64,000 nucleotides of DNA from Eledone cirrhosa (taxonomy: Eukaryota). The first letter of the stretch is position 1. The number at the start of each line of letters is the position of its first letter. The DNA lies in NCBI GenBank assembly GCA_964016885.1, contig OZ024743.1:328228001-328292000 (forward strand), in the 5' to 3' direction. Made by a program: the position numbers and the translations under genes. This document shows, one piece after another, positions 27,121 through 39,307 of this stretch. Below the pieces are notes generated by a model. That model was given only the letters and a program-made list of their open reading frames with translations, was not told the DNA's origin and searched no databases.

Positions 27121-29554
27121 CAACAGACTTGATAAGTCAATGATAAATGTTATTTTGTGGTGGAGATTCTGTACACTTCAATAGCTGCTCTATTATGATC
27201 TCTTCTATCTCTAGCTGTCTATTTACTCACTTAACTCTCTATATATCTTTCTGTCCATAGTAACAAATTATAATCTAACCTGCTGTTGTTACTGTTGTTG
27301 TAGTTATTGTTGTTGTAGTTGTTGTTGTCGTAGTTGTTACTGTTTGTTTACAGAATTGTCTTGAAACTGATCTCATTTATTTTGTATAGGTTTCTTTATA
27401 TTGCTTCTCTCTTTCTCTCTCTCTCTGTCTCCTTTCCACTCCCTCTCTCCATCCTTTCTCTTTCTTCCCCTCTCTCTCTCCTTTCTCTTTCTTTCTCCCC
27501 CTCTCTTTCTCCTTTCTCTTTCTTTCTGTCTGTCTCCTTTCCACTCTCTCTCTGTCTCCTTTATAATCCCTCTCTGTCTCCTTCCTCCTCTCTCTCTCTC
27601 TCTCTCTCTTTGTTAAACTTTTCCTCTCTCTGTTCAGTTCTTATTCAGAGTTACTGCCCTCACCCTCCCAGATGGGTCGGAGGAACCACAACTCATTCAT
27701 ACATTCCATTTTTGGCATGCATTCTATGGTTCGATGCCATTTCTAACACCAAATACTTTATAGGGTGTACTGGGTGTATTTTATCATGGTTCAGCCCTAG
27801 TGGGTTTGTCATGTCCTTGATATGACTGGAGAGTCTCCTCTACGTAACCTTGTTACCATTTGATTGTAAGAAATAGATGTGATGGTCATAATGTGGGTTC
27901 CTATAATCACAGGAGAGGACGTGTATTGCTAGTCTTGTATTTGTTGGTCTGTAGTGAATCTCTGTCGGTTTTAATGATGAGTGTTGTGTGCATGTGACAG
28001 CTCACACCTATGCAGGTTTAGCTGGCCTCCTCCAAGGTATATCTCATTGGAGGTGTCTTGGGTGATTTAATGATAGGGACCCCAGTCCTATCATCTCATT
28101 TCTACAGCTGAGTAAACTGGAGCAACGTCAAATAAAGTGTCTTGCTCAAGGAAACAACACATCACCCGGTTCGAGAATTGATCTCACAACCTTTTGATTG
28201 CAAGCCCAATGCTCTAAACACCATTAATCCATGCGCCTGAGTGTTCCAATTGTTTGAATCACAGAACAACCTGCTTGTGAAATTAATATCCAAGTGCCTG
28301 AGCATTCCACAGATACATGTTCCATTAACATAGTTCTCAGGGAGATTCAATGTAACACAGCATGTGACAAGGTTGTTTCTTTGAATTACAGGTATAGCTC
28401 GTGTTTGCCAGTTTACCAGCTGCGTGGCGCAATGTGAAATAAAGTGTCTTGCTCAAGGACAAAAAGTACTGCTGGGAATTGAACACATAATCTTGTGATC
28501 ATAAACCAAGCATCCTAACCATGAAGCCACGTGCCTTCATATTATTAGCTCTGTAAGTAAATATAAGCAATAGAATTATTAACAATGTACTGAGTAGAGG
28601 GTGGTGAATTGGCAGTATTGGTAGAGCATTGGACAATATATTTTATAGCATAAGGTTATGTCCCTTTATGTTCTGAGTTCAAATCCTGCTGAGGTTAGCT
28701 TTGACCTTCATCTTTATGGGGTTGATAAAATAAAGTACCAGTAATGCACTGGGTCAGTTTAATCGACTTCCTCTCTTTCAAAATTGTTGACCTTGTGCCT
28801 AAATCAGAAACCAATATTGTACTAAGTAAAAAGATTTGTGCATTAGTTCAATATAGTGATATTACTGTTGACATTGAAACCATTAGAAAAGGTTTTCACA
28901 AACTTGTTGAAATACCAATTCTTACAAGGTGTGTGTGTACGGGGGGGGGGGGGGGGGACTGAAAAGTTCCTTGCTTTTTACAGGGCTTAGAAAAACTGAA
29001 GGACTGCTGCAATAAGTGTGTGAATCGGAGAGAGAAATATGTTGAATAAAATTATAATTAATGATCTTCTTATATTTTCTTTTACTCATCTATTCCAATA
29101 CACTGGAATACATATTCTTATATTCCAGTATTCCACTATTTACTAAATTTGTTATTCAACTCACTCGAGATTACCACAAATTAGATTGAGTTGAGTGAGA
29201 CTGCCTGGTCACAGATGCAGTTGAGTTTCAGTGGGACTGCCTGGTCACAGATGCAGTGGGACTGCCTGGTCACAGATGCAGTGGAGTTGCAGTGGGACTG
29301 CCTGGTCACAGATGCAGTTGAGTTGCAGCAGGACTGAATAGGAATAGCCTGGTTACAGAGAGGGGAGGGGCTTTTGGCATGAGTTTACAATTTTGTGGGA
29401 GCCACCATACCTCAAATTCTAGTTATTTTATTTTGTTCTGTTACATGTAACTATATCATACACTACATATATATGTATATACCATCATTTATACATACAT
29501 CATATGTAACACTGATTGTTAAAATATTTAATGAGCAGTTTTAAATATAACCTA

Positions 29555-30195
29555 CATTTTACATCTGGTCTGGCTTGTTACCAGTTTTGGGGTCCTATAT
29601 TTTACATCTGGCTTGGGTCTATTGCTTGCTTTGGGGTCCAATATTTTACATCTGACCAGAGCCTATTGCCAGCTTTGGAGTCCTATATTTTACATCTGGC
29701 GTGGGCCTATTGCCAGTTATGGGGTCCTATATTTTACATCTGACCTTGGCCTATTGCCAGCTTTGGGGTCCTATATTTTACATCTGACCTGGGCCTTTTA
29801 CAAGCTTTGGGGGTCCTATATTTTACATCTGACCTGGGCCTTTTACAAGCTTTGGGGTCCTATATTTTACATCTGACCTGGGCTTCTTGCCAGCTTTGCA
29901 TGAGCCTGACAGCAGTACATGTTACTACTTCCACATGACATTAAATTTAAGCTAGTGAGATCTAATTTTAACAATTCACGTGGAAGGCAATTTTAGCTGG
30001 CATTTCTAAACAATATCCTGTGTGCACCAGTGGAAAGCTGGCATTTCTAAACAATATCTTGTGTGCACCAGTGGAAAGCTGGCATTTCTAAACAATATCC
30101 TGTGTGCACCAGTGGAAAGCTGGCATTTCTAAACAATATCCTGTGTGCACCAGTGGAAAGCTGGCATTTCTGAACAATATTTTGTGTGCACCAAG
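29555..30195. repeat. Two short tandem arrays (~43-bp x~8 at 29555-29900; 41-bp x~5 at 29996-30195)
   Basis: tattttacatctgacctgggcc... and gctggcatttctaaacaatatcctgtgtgcaccagtggaaa units. Confidence 0.88.
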
Positions 30196-32214
30196 CTAAT
30201 ATATGCACTATAAGCCTGAGATATTTTTGAGAAATAACTTGATTGAATGAATGTTACTAGAAAAGATGTCTGTATTAGATTACCTTCATTATTTACATCT
30301 GTGGAGGTGTGTAGCCTACTGGTAAGGGTGTTGGACTTACGATCATAATGTTGTGGGTTTGAATCCTGGGCTCGGTTATGTGTTGTGTCATTTCATGTTG
30401 CTCCAGTATACTCAACTGAAAATGAGTACCAGCAATAAGTGGGGATTTAACCCTGTGATGGATTGGCTTCCTGTCTAAGGGGGATCTTGTACTCTCAGTC
30501 ACTTCACGCCATCAAACTGGGGTAAGGATTGGCCTAACAAGCCTCCTGGCTTGAGACAGACTTTTGACTAAACTAGACTTTCCATACTGGCATGGGTTTG
30601 GATAGGTTGTCATGAACCAAGTTAGTTCTTATTCAGAGTTATTATCTTCCTACCTTAGGTAATGAATTGGCAGAGCCATTTGAATGTTGGATAGAATTCT
30701 TTGAGGTATTCATTCCAGCTCTCTCCTCTCTAAGTTCAAATCCTGTTGAGAGGTCAACTTTGCCTTTCATCCTTTTGAGGTTGATAAAAAAAAAGTAGCA
30801 GTCAAGTTCTGGAGTTGATTCTTCCTCTATATCTCTTTCTAACTTCCTTTTTTTTTTACATTCTATCCTCCTCTGGAAGAAACCTGCTGTATTCAGACCC
30901 GGAGAGGGATGGGCTCTGCCGGGTTTAAAAAATACCCAAGAATGTTGTATGTCACTACGGTGCCCCTACGACTCCATCAGGAGTTACGGTTCCATACATA
31001 CATCTTCCTACATGGGTGAGAAGACCCTATTTCACACACTATGTTATATTGTATGTTTTACATTGTGTCTCTGGTGAAGCTATTTAACTCTAAATGACCC
31101 TATTTCTGTAACTGTACTACTGTGTTATATTCTCTGTGTTACCTTGTGTCTAAAGGACCCTATATCTGTACCTATACCTAGGTATCACAGGGAGATGTAG
31201 TTTACTACTGTAAGTAATGGAGTCTTTCTGACTTTCTCTGTAATTAAGGCATATTTTATTAAGCTGCAATGCCGAGATAACATTCTTTCCAAGAAATCTG
31301 GAATAACAATGAGAACTGATTCCAGCATCTCTCCACTTGTTTTTTTTACTGAAGTGTAGTTTTCTAGGCTCAGCTTTCACCACATCTGCCCCCATATCTT
31401 TCTCCCACTTGGAACTCCTAACATTTCTTCACCCAGCAATCATTAACCATACTTATTACATGTCTGTACTAGCGCAGTCTTCCCTTTTAAAAACAATAAA
31501 CCACAACAACAACAACTTCTTCATTTCCTCACTTCAAAATATGTTATTTCACTTTGTGAACTGTTTGTACTCACTAATTAGCTGACACAGGTCTTTATTA
31601 GTGTCCTTTCATTCTAGTCTTTCACCGGTTTCGTCAACTCTGGCACAAATTGCCGCTCACATGTCGAGACTTGGTAACAAGCATTAGAGAAATTTAAATA
31701 ACTCACTGACGCCATCTGCATGGGAAAACAACAATTAAGTTAGTCTTAATGTGTTTAATTTAGGGAGTAATGGAACCCCCCCCAAAAAAAAACCTAACTA
31801 GAAATATTTTTCTGGTAAGAGACAGATAGCTAGATAGACAAATAGACAGAGAAACATAGACATCATCATCATCATCATCATCATCATTTTACATCCGCTT
31901 TTCCCTGCTTGCAAGGGTGGGACGGGAACTGATACTGGCTTGATTTCTACAGCTGGATGCCCTTCATAACACCAACCTCATTTACAGTGAGTGCTGGGTG
32001 CTTATTTGCCGTGGCACCTACACGACCACTTTGCAGTGGAATGATAGGGATCCCAGTCCCTATCATCTCATTTCTACAGCTGAGTAAACTGGAGCAATGT
32101 GAAATAAAGTGTCTTGCTCAAGGAAACAACACATCACCCGGTCTGAGAATTGAACTCACAACCTTTCGATTGCAAGGCCAATGCTCTAACCACTAAGCCA
32201 TGTGCCTCTCTCTC

Positions 32215-32270
<56 letters not shown>

Positions 32271-32273
<3 letters not shown>

Positions 32274-32477
32274 TATTAACAAATGGAAACTATATTTATA
32301 AAACCATATTTATTTCATTATACATATTTCAAGAACACCAAGTTAAATTATGGTGTGCTTTCATCAGATAAAATATTTTATCTGATGAAAGCACACCATA
32401 ATTTAACTTGGTGTCCTTGAAATATGTATAATGAAATAAATATGGTTTTATAAATATAGTTTCCATTTGTTAATATC

Positions 32478-32478
<1 letters not shown>
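32271..32478. repeat. Near-perfect palindrome (104-bp arms, no loop); each arm holds a hammerhead-like core
   Basis: Centre at 32374/32375, one mismatch; CTGATGA 32382-32388, stem ACACCA/TGGTGT, GAAA 32419-32422. Confidence 0.9.
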
Positions 32479-32553
<75 letters not shown>

Positions 32554-32578
32554 GCAGCCAGATAGACATACACACACA

Positions 32579-33094
32579 CATCATATATGCTGGTGTACAA
32601 GTCGATCCGATGCATAGGTTGACCCCTAAAATTTTGAGGTGTTATTCAGGTTTAGGCTTATTTTCACCGGATAAGACCCCCCCAAAATAAGGCAGTTGCA
32701 GGGGAAATAATTCAAAAAATTTAGTGGTGCGCTAAAGGCTAAGACACTTCTAAAACATTTCAGTCACAAGTGAATTCTAACTCACTGAGTAAACCAGCCT
32801 AGCCTAACCTTAACGAACCTATGGTAACCTACCCTATGAGCTACGGCAAGTCATTGATATTATTTTAATCTCTACGTTAAATAGACTTAAGAAATATAAA
32901 ATTCAGTAGGAAATAATTGTGGTGGGCTGCTAGAGTTATGGTAAGTGGTGTACAATGAGTGTTAGGCAGGAAGTTTCACTATTTACCTCTCAATGGTAAA
33001 GGTTCACATTTTATATTCATTGGACAAGTCGACCCCTGGTTGGAGAGATATTTTTAGGCTCCAAATGTTGACATGTTCACCGGCATATACAGTA
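32579..33094. mobile_element. pogo/Tigger-like MITE
   Basis: TIRs catatatgctggtgtacaagtcga / ttgacatgttcaccggcatatacagta. Confidence 0.6.
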
Positions 33095-33116
33095 TATATA
33101 TATATATATATATATA

Positions 33117-33310
33117 ACGAAGGAAATGTGGTAAGGAACCAGATGGACCATAACGCACCAAAGTACTCAATACATAGGGTAGTAGAGTGGGTAATAGGAA
33201 CAAGTATGACCCCGACGGCAGAGCTCAAGCCGTTTCGACGGCTAATTCTGGTCCAGAATTAGCCGTCGAAACAGCTTGAGCTCTGCCGTCGGGGTCATAC
33301 TTGTTCCTAT
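33117..33310. mobile_element. Fold-back element in (TA)n; 58-bp-arm hairpin at 33194-33310
   Basis: Arms match with one mismatch around a 1-nt loop; homologous copy at 61217-61425. Confidence 0.8.
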
Positions 33311-33667
33311 ATATATATATATTATTCCAGAGTCGGGCCAGATCCATACAGATTGAAACTTGAGCTGATCGATAGCGAAACGCGCGTCACCAATCAATAA
33401 ACGTAATGAAGACATAACAAATCATCCTTGTATTATTATTATTATTATTATTATTATTGGCGACCTACGTAGTAAATCGTATCAGCGTGAGCTCCGCAAA
33501 GGTTTGTTATTTCCGTTTGTTAAAAATTGCCATTTATGGAAAATTTTATTGTTAACTGTTTATAAGCACACATACATTGTTTTCCGAAAAGGACACCCAA
33601 AAAGATTGGGGCCTTGTGCCCAAAATTTTAACTTTTATTATTATCCAAAAATTTCTTTGAAAAAAAA

Positions 33668-35500
33668 ATGGCTAATTCCCCTCTGCACGAAGCAGCTGAA
33701 AGCCTTCCTCACAAAATAACACCTCACACCGACACCACCATTGTAAATGTTACTACGTTTGCCAACACAAAAAAAAATATAAGCAGTAGCAATATTTTAA
33801 ATTTGTCTCAGGCAGACATTCATTTCCCGCCATTACCAATGACTGCAGGTGTTAAAGCCTCCACCACCACCACCACCGCGACAACCACCACCCCCACCAC
33901 CACCGTGACAACAGAAACAAAAGAAGAAAAAAATAAATTAACTCGTGATGTCGAAATGAAATCAAGCAAAATGGACTCTTCCGCACCAAAGACGACTGAC
34001 GTCACCAACACCACAACTGAAACTAAAATTAATATTAACGATAGCAACAACAACAACAATGACATTATAAAACCGACCCTCAGTTTCGCCATCGTAGCAA
34101 AACAATTCGAAGCGTTCACGGTAACTCAAGAAGATTTAGAAAATGCCAAACAAATGGTAAAGAAAGATGGGTACAGGGTCAGCCTCACCCCCCCACCTAA
34201 TAAAATGGAGCATCGGCGCCTGTGCACCGTGTCGTATAGAACAATAAATGTAAAATCGCGCCGAGTGGAACGGGCATCCGAGTCCCAAATCCAAAAAGCT
34301 TTGGGACATGTGTGGGCAAGAAAAACCCACATCAGACGTGGGCAAAAGTATGGAACCGTGGATGTGTTCTTTGAAACACCAGAGGAGGCTAGAGAACACT
34401 CCATGGCCCCATTAAAAAGTGATGACCTCACACTCGTCCCAAGCTATTGTGGCCAGAGACTCGTAAAGATCAGGGTGACCCACGTTCCACCGGCCATCGA
34501 AATTCCCTGGCTAATAGCGGCTGTCCTCGCCGGCATCGAAGCCAACACGAAAATAATAGCAGTAGCGAAGGAAAAGCAGGAAAACTGGTCCGGATCTAGG
34601 ATGGAGCTCCTGATCCAAGCGGACCAAAAAAGCATTGAGGAGATCCCAGAGGTAATAGACGTCACTGACGGCAGCCACCTCACGGTAATTGTCGAGGGCA
34701 GAAGACCTAGGTGTGTCGTTTGTGGTGAAGGAACCCACCTAAGGGCTTTCTGCCCTCAGGCTAAAAGGTTGAGGCCACCTCTCCTACCCACCCCAGTGAC
34801 ACAACCATCAACACCACCAGTAGCAGAGATGGCAGCAACAACTGTAGCAGCAACAACAGAAGCAACTATAACAGCAACAACCCCAGCAACAGTAGCAAAA
34901 CCAACACCACTACCACCACCAGCAAAACCAACACCACCACCACCCAACGCTTCAGAACTAGCACCAGCGCCTACACCATCCACCACACCACAACCAAAAC
35001 TAACGGCTGTGGAGGATTTTCCACTCCCCAGCCTATCACAACTGGAGACAGATTGTGACGACGAGGAGTGGGAAACGATATCCGGAAAAAAAAAAAGAAA
35101 CCAAAAAAGAAAAAATTCTCTTCCTTCCCCCTCCAAAAACAAAATACAGAGGGAAACAAATAAACTAAGAAACAAAAAAGTTAGGACAGATATGCCACCA
35201 TCCACACCAGCATCACCAACCCCATCAACCCAAACACCAACACCATCACCATCATTAACTCCAACACCACCATCACCTACACCACAAAAATCACCAAAAT
35301 GCGAAACAGAAACAAACCCACAACAAACGCAAACAAAACAAAACAACCAAAATGATACACACTACACAGCATTAAATTTGAACAACAAGCAATTATTACA
35401 CTACATCCAACACAACACCAGCATCACAGAAAAAGACTACACAACAACCCCAAAATTCACACCACCTCCACACATACAAATCACTCGCATCACACAGTAA
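33668..35500 (+). CDS. LINE ORF1p (gag-like nucleic-acid-binding protein with CCHC zinc knuckle)
   Basis: 610-aa ORF; CVVCGEGTHLRAFC knuckle, Pro/Thr-rich linker and basic KKKRNQKRK patch; the same frame stays open after the TAA to 35653. Confidence 0.8.
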   Translation: MANSPLHEAAESLPHKITPHTDTTIVNVTTFANTKKNISSSNILNLSQADIHFPPLPMTAGVKASTTTTTATTTTPTTTVTTETKEEKNKLTRDVEMKSSKMDSSAPKTTDVTNTTTETKININDSNNNNNDIIKPTLSFAIVAKQFEAFTVTQEDLENAKQMVKKDGYRVSLTPPPNKMEHRRLCTVSYRTINVKSRRVERASESQIQKALGHVWARKTHIRRGQKYGTVDVFFETPEEAREHSMAPLKSDDLTLVPSYCGQRLVKIRVTHVPPAIEIPWLIAAVLAGIEANTKIIAVAKEKQENWSGSRMELLIQADQKSIEEIPEVIDVTDGSHLTVIVEGRRPRCVVCGEGTHLRAFCPQAKRLRPPLLPTPVTQPSTPPVAEMAATTVAATTEATITATTPATVAKPTPLPPPAKPTPPPPNASELAPAPTPSTTPQPKLTAVEDFPLPSLSQLETDCDDEEWETISGKKKRNQKRKNSLPSPSKNKIQRETNKLRNKKVRTDMPPSTPASPTPSTQTPTPSPSLTPTPPSPTPQKSPKCETETNPQQTQTKQNNQNDTHYTALNLNNKQLLHYIQHNTSITEKDYTTTPKFTPPPHIQITRITQ

Positions 35501-35687
35501 ACATACATGACACTAAAACAAAAATTCCCCAAAGACATCGGAGACTTCCGACAAGCACTCTCCAGGAGGATTTATAAGGACATCCTTCCTGAGGAGGCCA
35601 CAAGCAGTGAAAAGGATGGAAAAGCCGTCCTTCCCCTACGAGAAGTAAGGTAAGTGGTCTTTCCCATCTTTTCCACTCCTTTTCAAC

Positions 35688-38492
35688 ATGACCTCACTCA
35701 GAATAGGCAGCATAAATGCGCGTGTCTTGGGGTCGTCATGGAAGCAGGGCCACCTGCTCAACGACCTCAGGTCACTAAACATAGATGTAGTGGCCATCAG
35801 CGAGACCAGAATCTCCGAAGCACAGGCTTTCGCACCGATCTTCGGCGGCTACGATGTGTACGCATCTCCCAGCCGTCCGGGATCGGGGGGAGGAGTTGCT
35901 GTGCTTTTTCGGAGAGGTTTGGATCTTGCCATACGGGCCATCTTCCTGGACCCAGAAGGTAAGTTGGTGGTGCTGGACGTGACCAGCGGAGACGGGCAAG
36001 CTTTCAGGTTAGTGGCCGTCTATGCCCCTACAGGAGCAGGGCGGCCTGATTTCTTCCGGCGTCTGGAGACCTTTCTTGGAACGTCCCGCTCTTTAGTGTT
36101 AGTGGGCGACTGGAACGGGATCTTAGATGCACGCTGGGATTGTGTGGGATTAGTGGATAGGGAAGGAGGGTGCAAGAGTCTCACCAACCTGCTCAGACGT
36201 TTTGAACTGTCTGACAGGTACCGAATGGATTTCCCGAATGTACCAATGTGGACTTGGACAAATCGCATAGGGTCATCCAGATCATATCTAGATAGAGTAT
36301 TTTGTAGGGAAATAGATAGGTCTAGCATAGGCTGTCCACAATTCAAGATAGTCAGCTACACGGACCACAAATTCGTGATCTGTGTGCTTGACTTAGATAG
36401 GCTTCATAGACAAGGACCCGGCTACTGGAAGCTAAACGCGTCCTTACCAGCGCGCAAGGCCTACAGAGACCGGATTAGCGAACTAGTTAAGCGGGCGTTG
36501 ACGGGGGCCATCGTCAACAACAAGTGGTGGTTTGCTCTGAAAAGAGCAATTAGAATAGAGTCCATTAGGTTTAGTAAGACTTTAGCAATAGAGAAAAATA
36601 GAGCAGAGGGAGAATTAGTTAGAAAATTAGATGAGGCGCTTAGCAAAGGCATCGCGACCGACGTACTTGCGGCGAAATTGGCCCTTGACCAATTCTTCAA
36701 TGCAAAGCACGAAGGCTGCGTTGTCAGAGCTAGGGTGCGTGCTCTCAGACACGAGGGGACGAAAGCCGTTCAATGGGCCCGAGTGGCGGAGGCGCGTTGT
36801 GGCAACAAAGCCACGATCCGGTCTTTGGTGGACCACGACGGGCGCATGCTACTCGATCCCGGGCAAATGTGTGAAGCTTTTCAGCGACACTTCGCTCAAC
36901 TGTTCGGGGGCAGTGGCGGGCCGGATCGAGGGATGGACTTTAGTGTCTACCTCGACGGACTGCCGCGGCTCTCGGCCACTGAGGCGGAGTGTTGCGAAAA
37001 GCCGATAACAACCGCTGAAGTACGGGATGCAATGACTAGTTGCACAAGGGGTAAATCGCCTGGTTTGGATGGTCTGCCCTATGAACTTTACGTACAAATG
37101 CCAAACTTGTTCGGAGGCCTCTTGGCGGACGTCTACTGCAACTGGCAACAGAACGGGAGAATTCCCAGCTCTGTGAGCCGAGGAGCGGTGGCGCTGCTGA
37201 GAAAGGATCCGAACAAGGGGGATAACATAGATAATTTTAGGCCCATAACTCTGCTAAACACAGAGTTCAAGATTTTGGCCAAGGTGCTAGCAAAGAGGTT
37301 GGCGCTTGTCGTTGGTGGTCTGGTGGGAGAGGCACAGACATGCGCCATTCCCGACAGATCCATCCACGACAACCTCCACCTCATGCGATACATCGTAGAG
37401 AGGGTAGCTAAGGAACCTGGCACGGGTGGGTCTTTGATCAATTTAGATCAGTCGAAAGCCTTCGATAGGGTCGACCATCGTTACCTAGCGGCAGTCCTGA
37501 GGGCGGCTGGCTTTGGGCCCGTCTTCAGAGGCTGGATCGCTGCCATGCACAGCGACATCTGCTCTGTAGTGAGAGTGAACGGTCACCTTTCGGAACCGTT
37601 CAACATCATGCGCTCGGTCCGCCAAGGATGTCCCCTCTCGTCCCTATTGTATGTATTGACTCTCGAGCCATTACTGCACAAACTGGAGACGTTGAGGGGG
37701 GTCCCGCGCGAACTAGGATGCGGAAGATCCGTGTCAGCATATGCCGACGATGTCACCGTAGTGGTGTCGAACGCCAAATACATCGAGGCGATCGGCACTA
37801 CACTAAGAGAATACGAAGCGGTGACAGGAGCAATGATCAACCAGGAAAAGTCAGTGGGCCTGCAGCTCGGCACCTGGAGAGGCAGGTCCATGCCGTCCAA
37901 CAGCGTCGTCGGGCGCTGGACGGACGGACCGGTTAAATTGCTAGGGGTCTGGTTCGGTCCAGACCTCCAGACGGACAAAAACTGGGATGAGGTGACGAGC
38001 AGGGTGGCTTCTCTCACCCAGAAATGGGCCGAGAGGAAGCTATCCCTGAAAGGTCGAGCGGAGGTGGCGAATGCGTACATCGCATCCGTCATCTACTACC
38101 GCCTGACTGCGCTGGAGCGTTTGCTGTTTCGCTTCTTGTGGAAGGGACGCGCTCCGATGGTCAGGCGGTCCATCTGCTGTCAACACCCGCTACGTGGAGG
38201 GCTGGGCATGCCGTGGCTGATGATGCGCAGACACGCACTCAGGCTACGACATCTCCACCTCTTCCTCGACGGTGATCAGGTGTGGTCGCCGTTTGCAAGA
38301 CACGTTTTTCCCCAGCTCGTCTCCTTGACGGAGCTGCAGTCCTGGGTCAAGCGAAGACCGAGAGGGAGCGCTTGGAGACTGGAATGTCTTCAGGCGCTCA
38401 CAGCCCTCGACCAATCGGGCAATGTGATCGGTGGAAACTCCACCTTGGCGTTCTATAGGGGAAGAGCGACGACGTACTTGGAGAAACTCTAG
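35688..38492 (+). CDS. LINE ORF2p: apurinic-like endonuclease + reverse transcriptase (C-terminus continues via two frameshifts to 39065)
   Basis: APE motifs SINAR, ISETR, VYAP, GDWN, YLDR, TDH; RT motifs KSPGLDG, FRPITLLN, DQSKAFDRV, VRQGCPLS, YADD; CPRC...ETVLHALVQC zinc motif at 38549-38917. Confidence 0.92.
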   Translation: MTSLRIGSINARVLGSSWKQGHLLNDLRSLNIDVVAISETRISEAQAFAPIFGGYDVYASPSRPGSGGGVAVLFRRGLDLAIRAIFLDPEGKLVVLDVTSGDGQAFRLVAVYAPTGAGRPDFFRRLETFLGTSRSLVLVGDWNGILDARWDCVGLVDREGGCKSLTNLLRRFELSDRYRMDFPNVPMWTWTNRIGSSRSYLDRVFCREIDRSSIGCPQFKIVSYTDHKFVICVLDLDRLHRQGPGYWKLNASLPARKAYRDRISELVKRALTGAIVNNKWWFALKRAIRIESIRFSKTLAIEKNRAEGELVRKLDEALSKGIATDVLAAKLALDQFFNAKHEGCVVRARVRALRHEGTKAVQWARVAEARCGNKATIRSLVDHDGRMLLDPGQMCEAFQRHFAQLFGGSGGPDRGMDFSVYLDGLPRLSATEAECCEKPITTAEVRDAMTSCTRGKSPGLDGLPYELYVQMPNLFGGLLADVYCNWQQNGRIPSSVSRGAVALLRKDPNKGDNIDNFRPITLLNTEFKILAKVLAKRLALVVGGLVGEAQTCAIPDRSIHDNLHLMRYIVERVAKEPGTGGSLINLDQSKAFDRVDHRYLAAVLRAAGFGPVFRGWIAAMHSDICSVVRVNGHLSEPFNIMRSVRQGCPLSSLLYVLTLEPLLHKLETLRGVPRELGCGRSVSAYADDVTVVVSNAKYIEAIGTTLREYEAVTGAMINQEKSVGLQLGTWRGRSMPSNSVVGRWTDGPVKLLGVWFGPDLQTDKNWDEVTSRVASLTQKWAERKLSLKGRAEVANAYIASVIYYRLTALERLLFRFLWKGRAPMVRRSICCQHPLRGGLGMPWLMMRRHALRLRHLHLFLDGDQVWSPFARHVFPQLVSLTELQSWVKRRPRGSAWRLECLQALTALDQSGNVIGGNSTLAFYRGRATTYLEKL

Positions 38493-39307
38493 GCGTCGAC
38501 GAAAATCAACTAGCCAATTTCTTCGGAAGGACTTTCGGGCCGGGGCCTATGGACAACTTCCAGAAATCCCTGGCCTGGCAGTGCTACCGAGGAGCTTTGC
38601 CAGTTCGGGATAAACTCTACAGGCATGGAGGTGCCGTCAGCCGGGCATGTCCGAGATGCGCGCAGGGCAACGAAACCGTCCTGCACGCACTCGTCCAGTG
38701 TCCGAGCATTGCTGACTTGTGGGTTTGTGTCGAACACCTGCTGTCACGTGTAGGACGGATCCAGCTATCAGCCGAGTCCATCGTGAGGATTGCCCCGCCC
38801 CCTTCCTTTAGCCTGGAAGGGCAGGCAGTTTTTAATCTCTCTGGTGGCCATGGCGAAAGAGATAGTATGGTGGACACGTTTGAAAGGGCTGAAGACGAGC
38901 ACTTACCTCTTCGGTGATGCCCTGATTAACTTTTTCAAATTTCATTTGAAAAGGAAAATCAGAGTAGAGAGAGAAGTGCTCTCTTCCCAGCATTTTGTTG
39001 AAAGATGGGTGAGAGAGGCAAGTATGGCCCGAATGAATGGGCCTTCTCTGAGTATGTGTCTGTAAATTAAAGGTGGAAAACTGGGAGAGGGCACTTGCCC
39101 TGGTGGTCAGGGCCACTGTGGTCTTTTAATGGGCTTTCTCCACAAATGTCCCTTGGAAGTCTCCCCCCTATTGGGGAATTTTTCTTTGTTATTTTATTTC
39201 AACCTCTGTTTTTTTACACGCAGAAATGCCCATTTGTACCGTCCTGTATTGTCCTGTACTGTCCTTAATGTCTACTTTATGTGAACCCTTGTGGTTAATA
39301 AAGAAAA

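Noticed and set aside
33458-33470. TGGCGAC as an LTR-retrotransposon primer-binding site
   Set aside because: Downstream ORFs are APE-RT non-LTR type; no LTRs, protease or integrase
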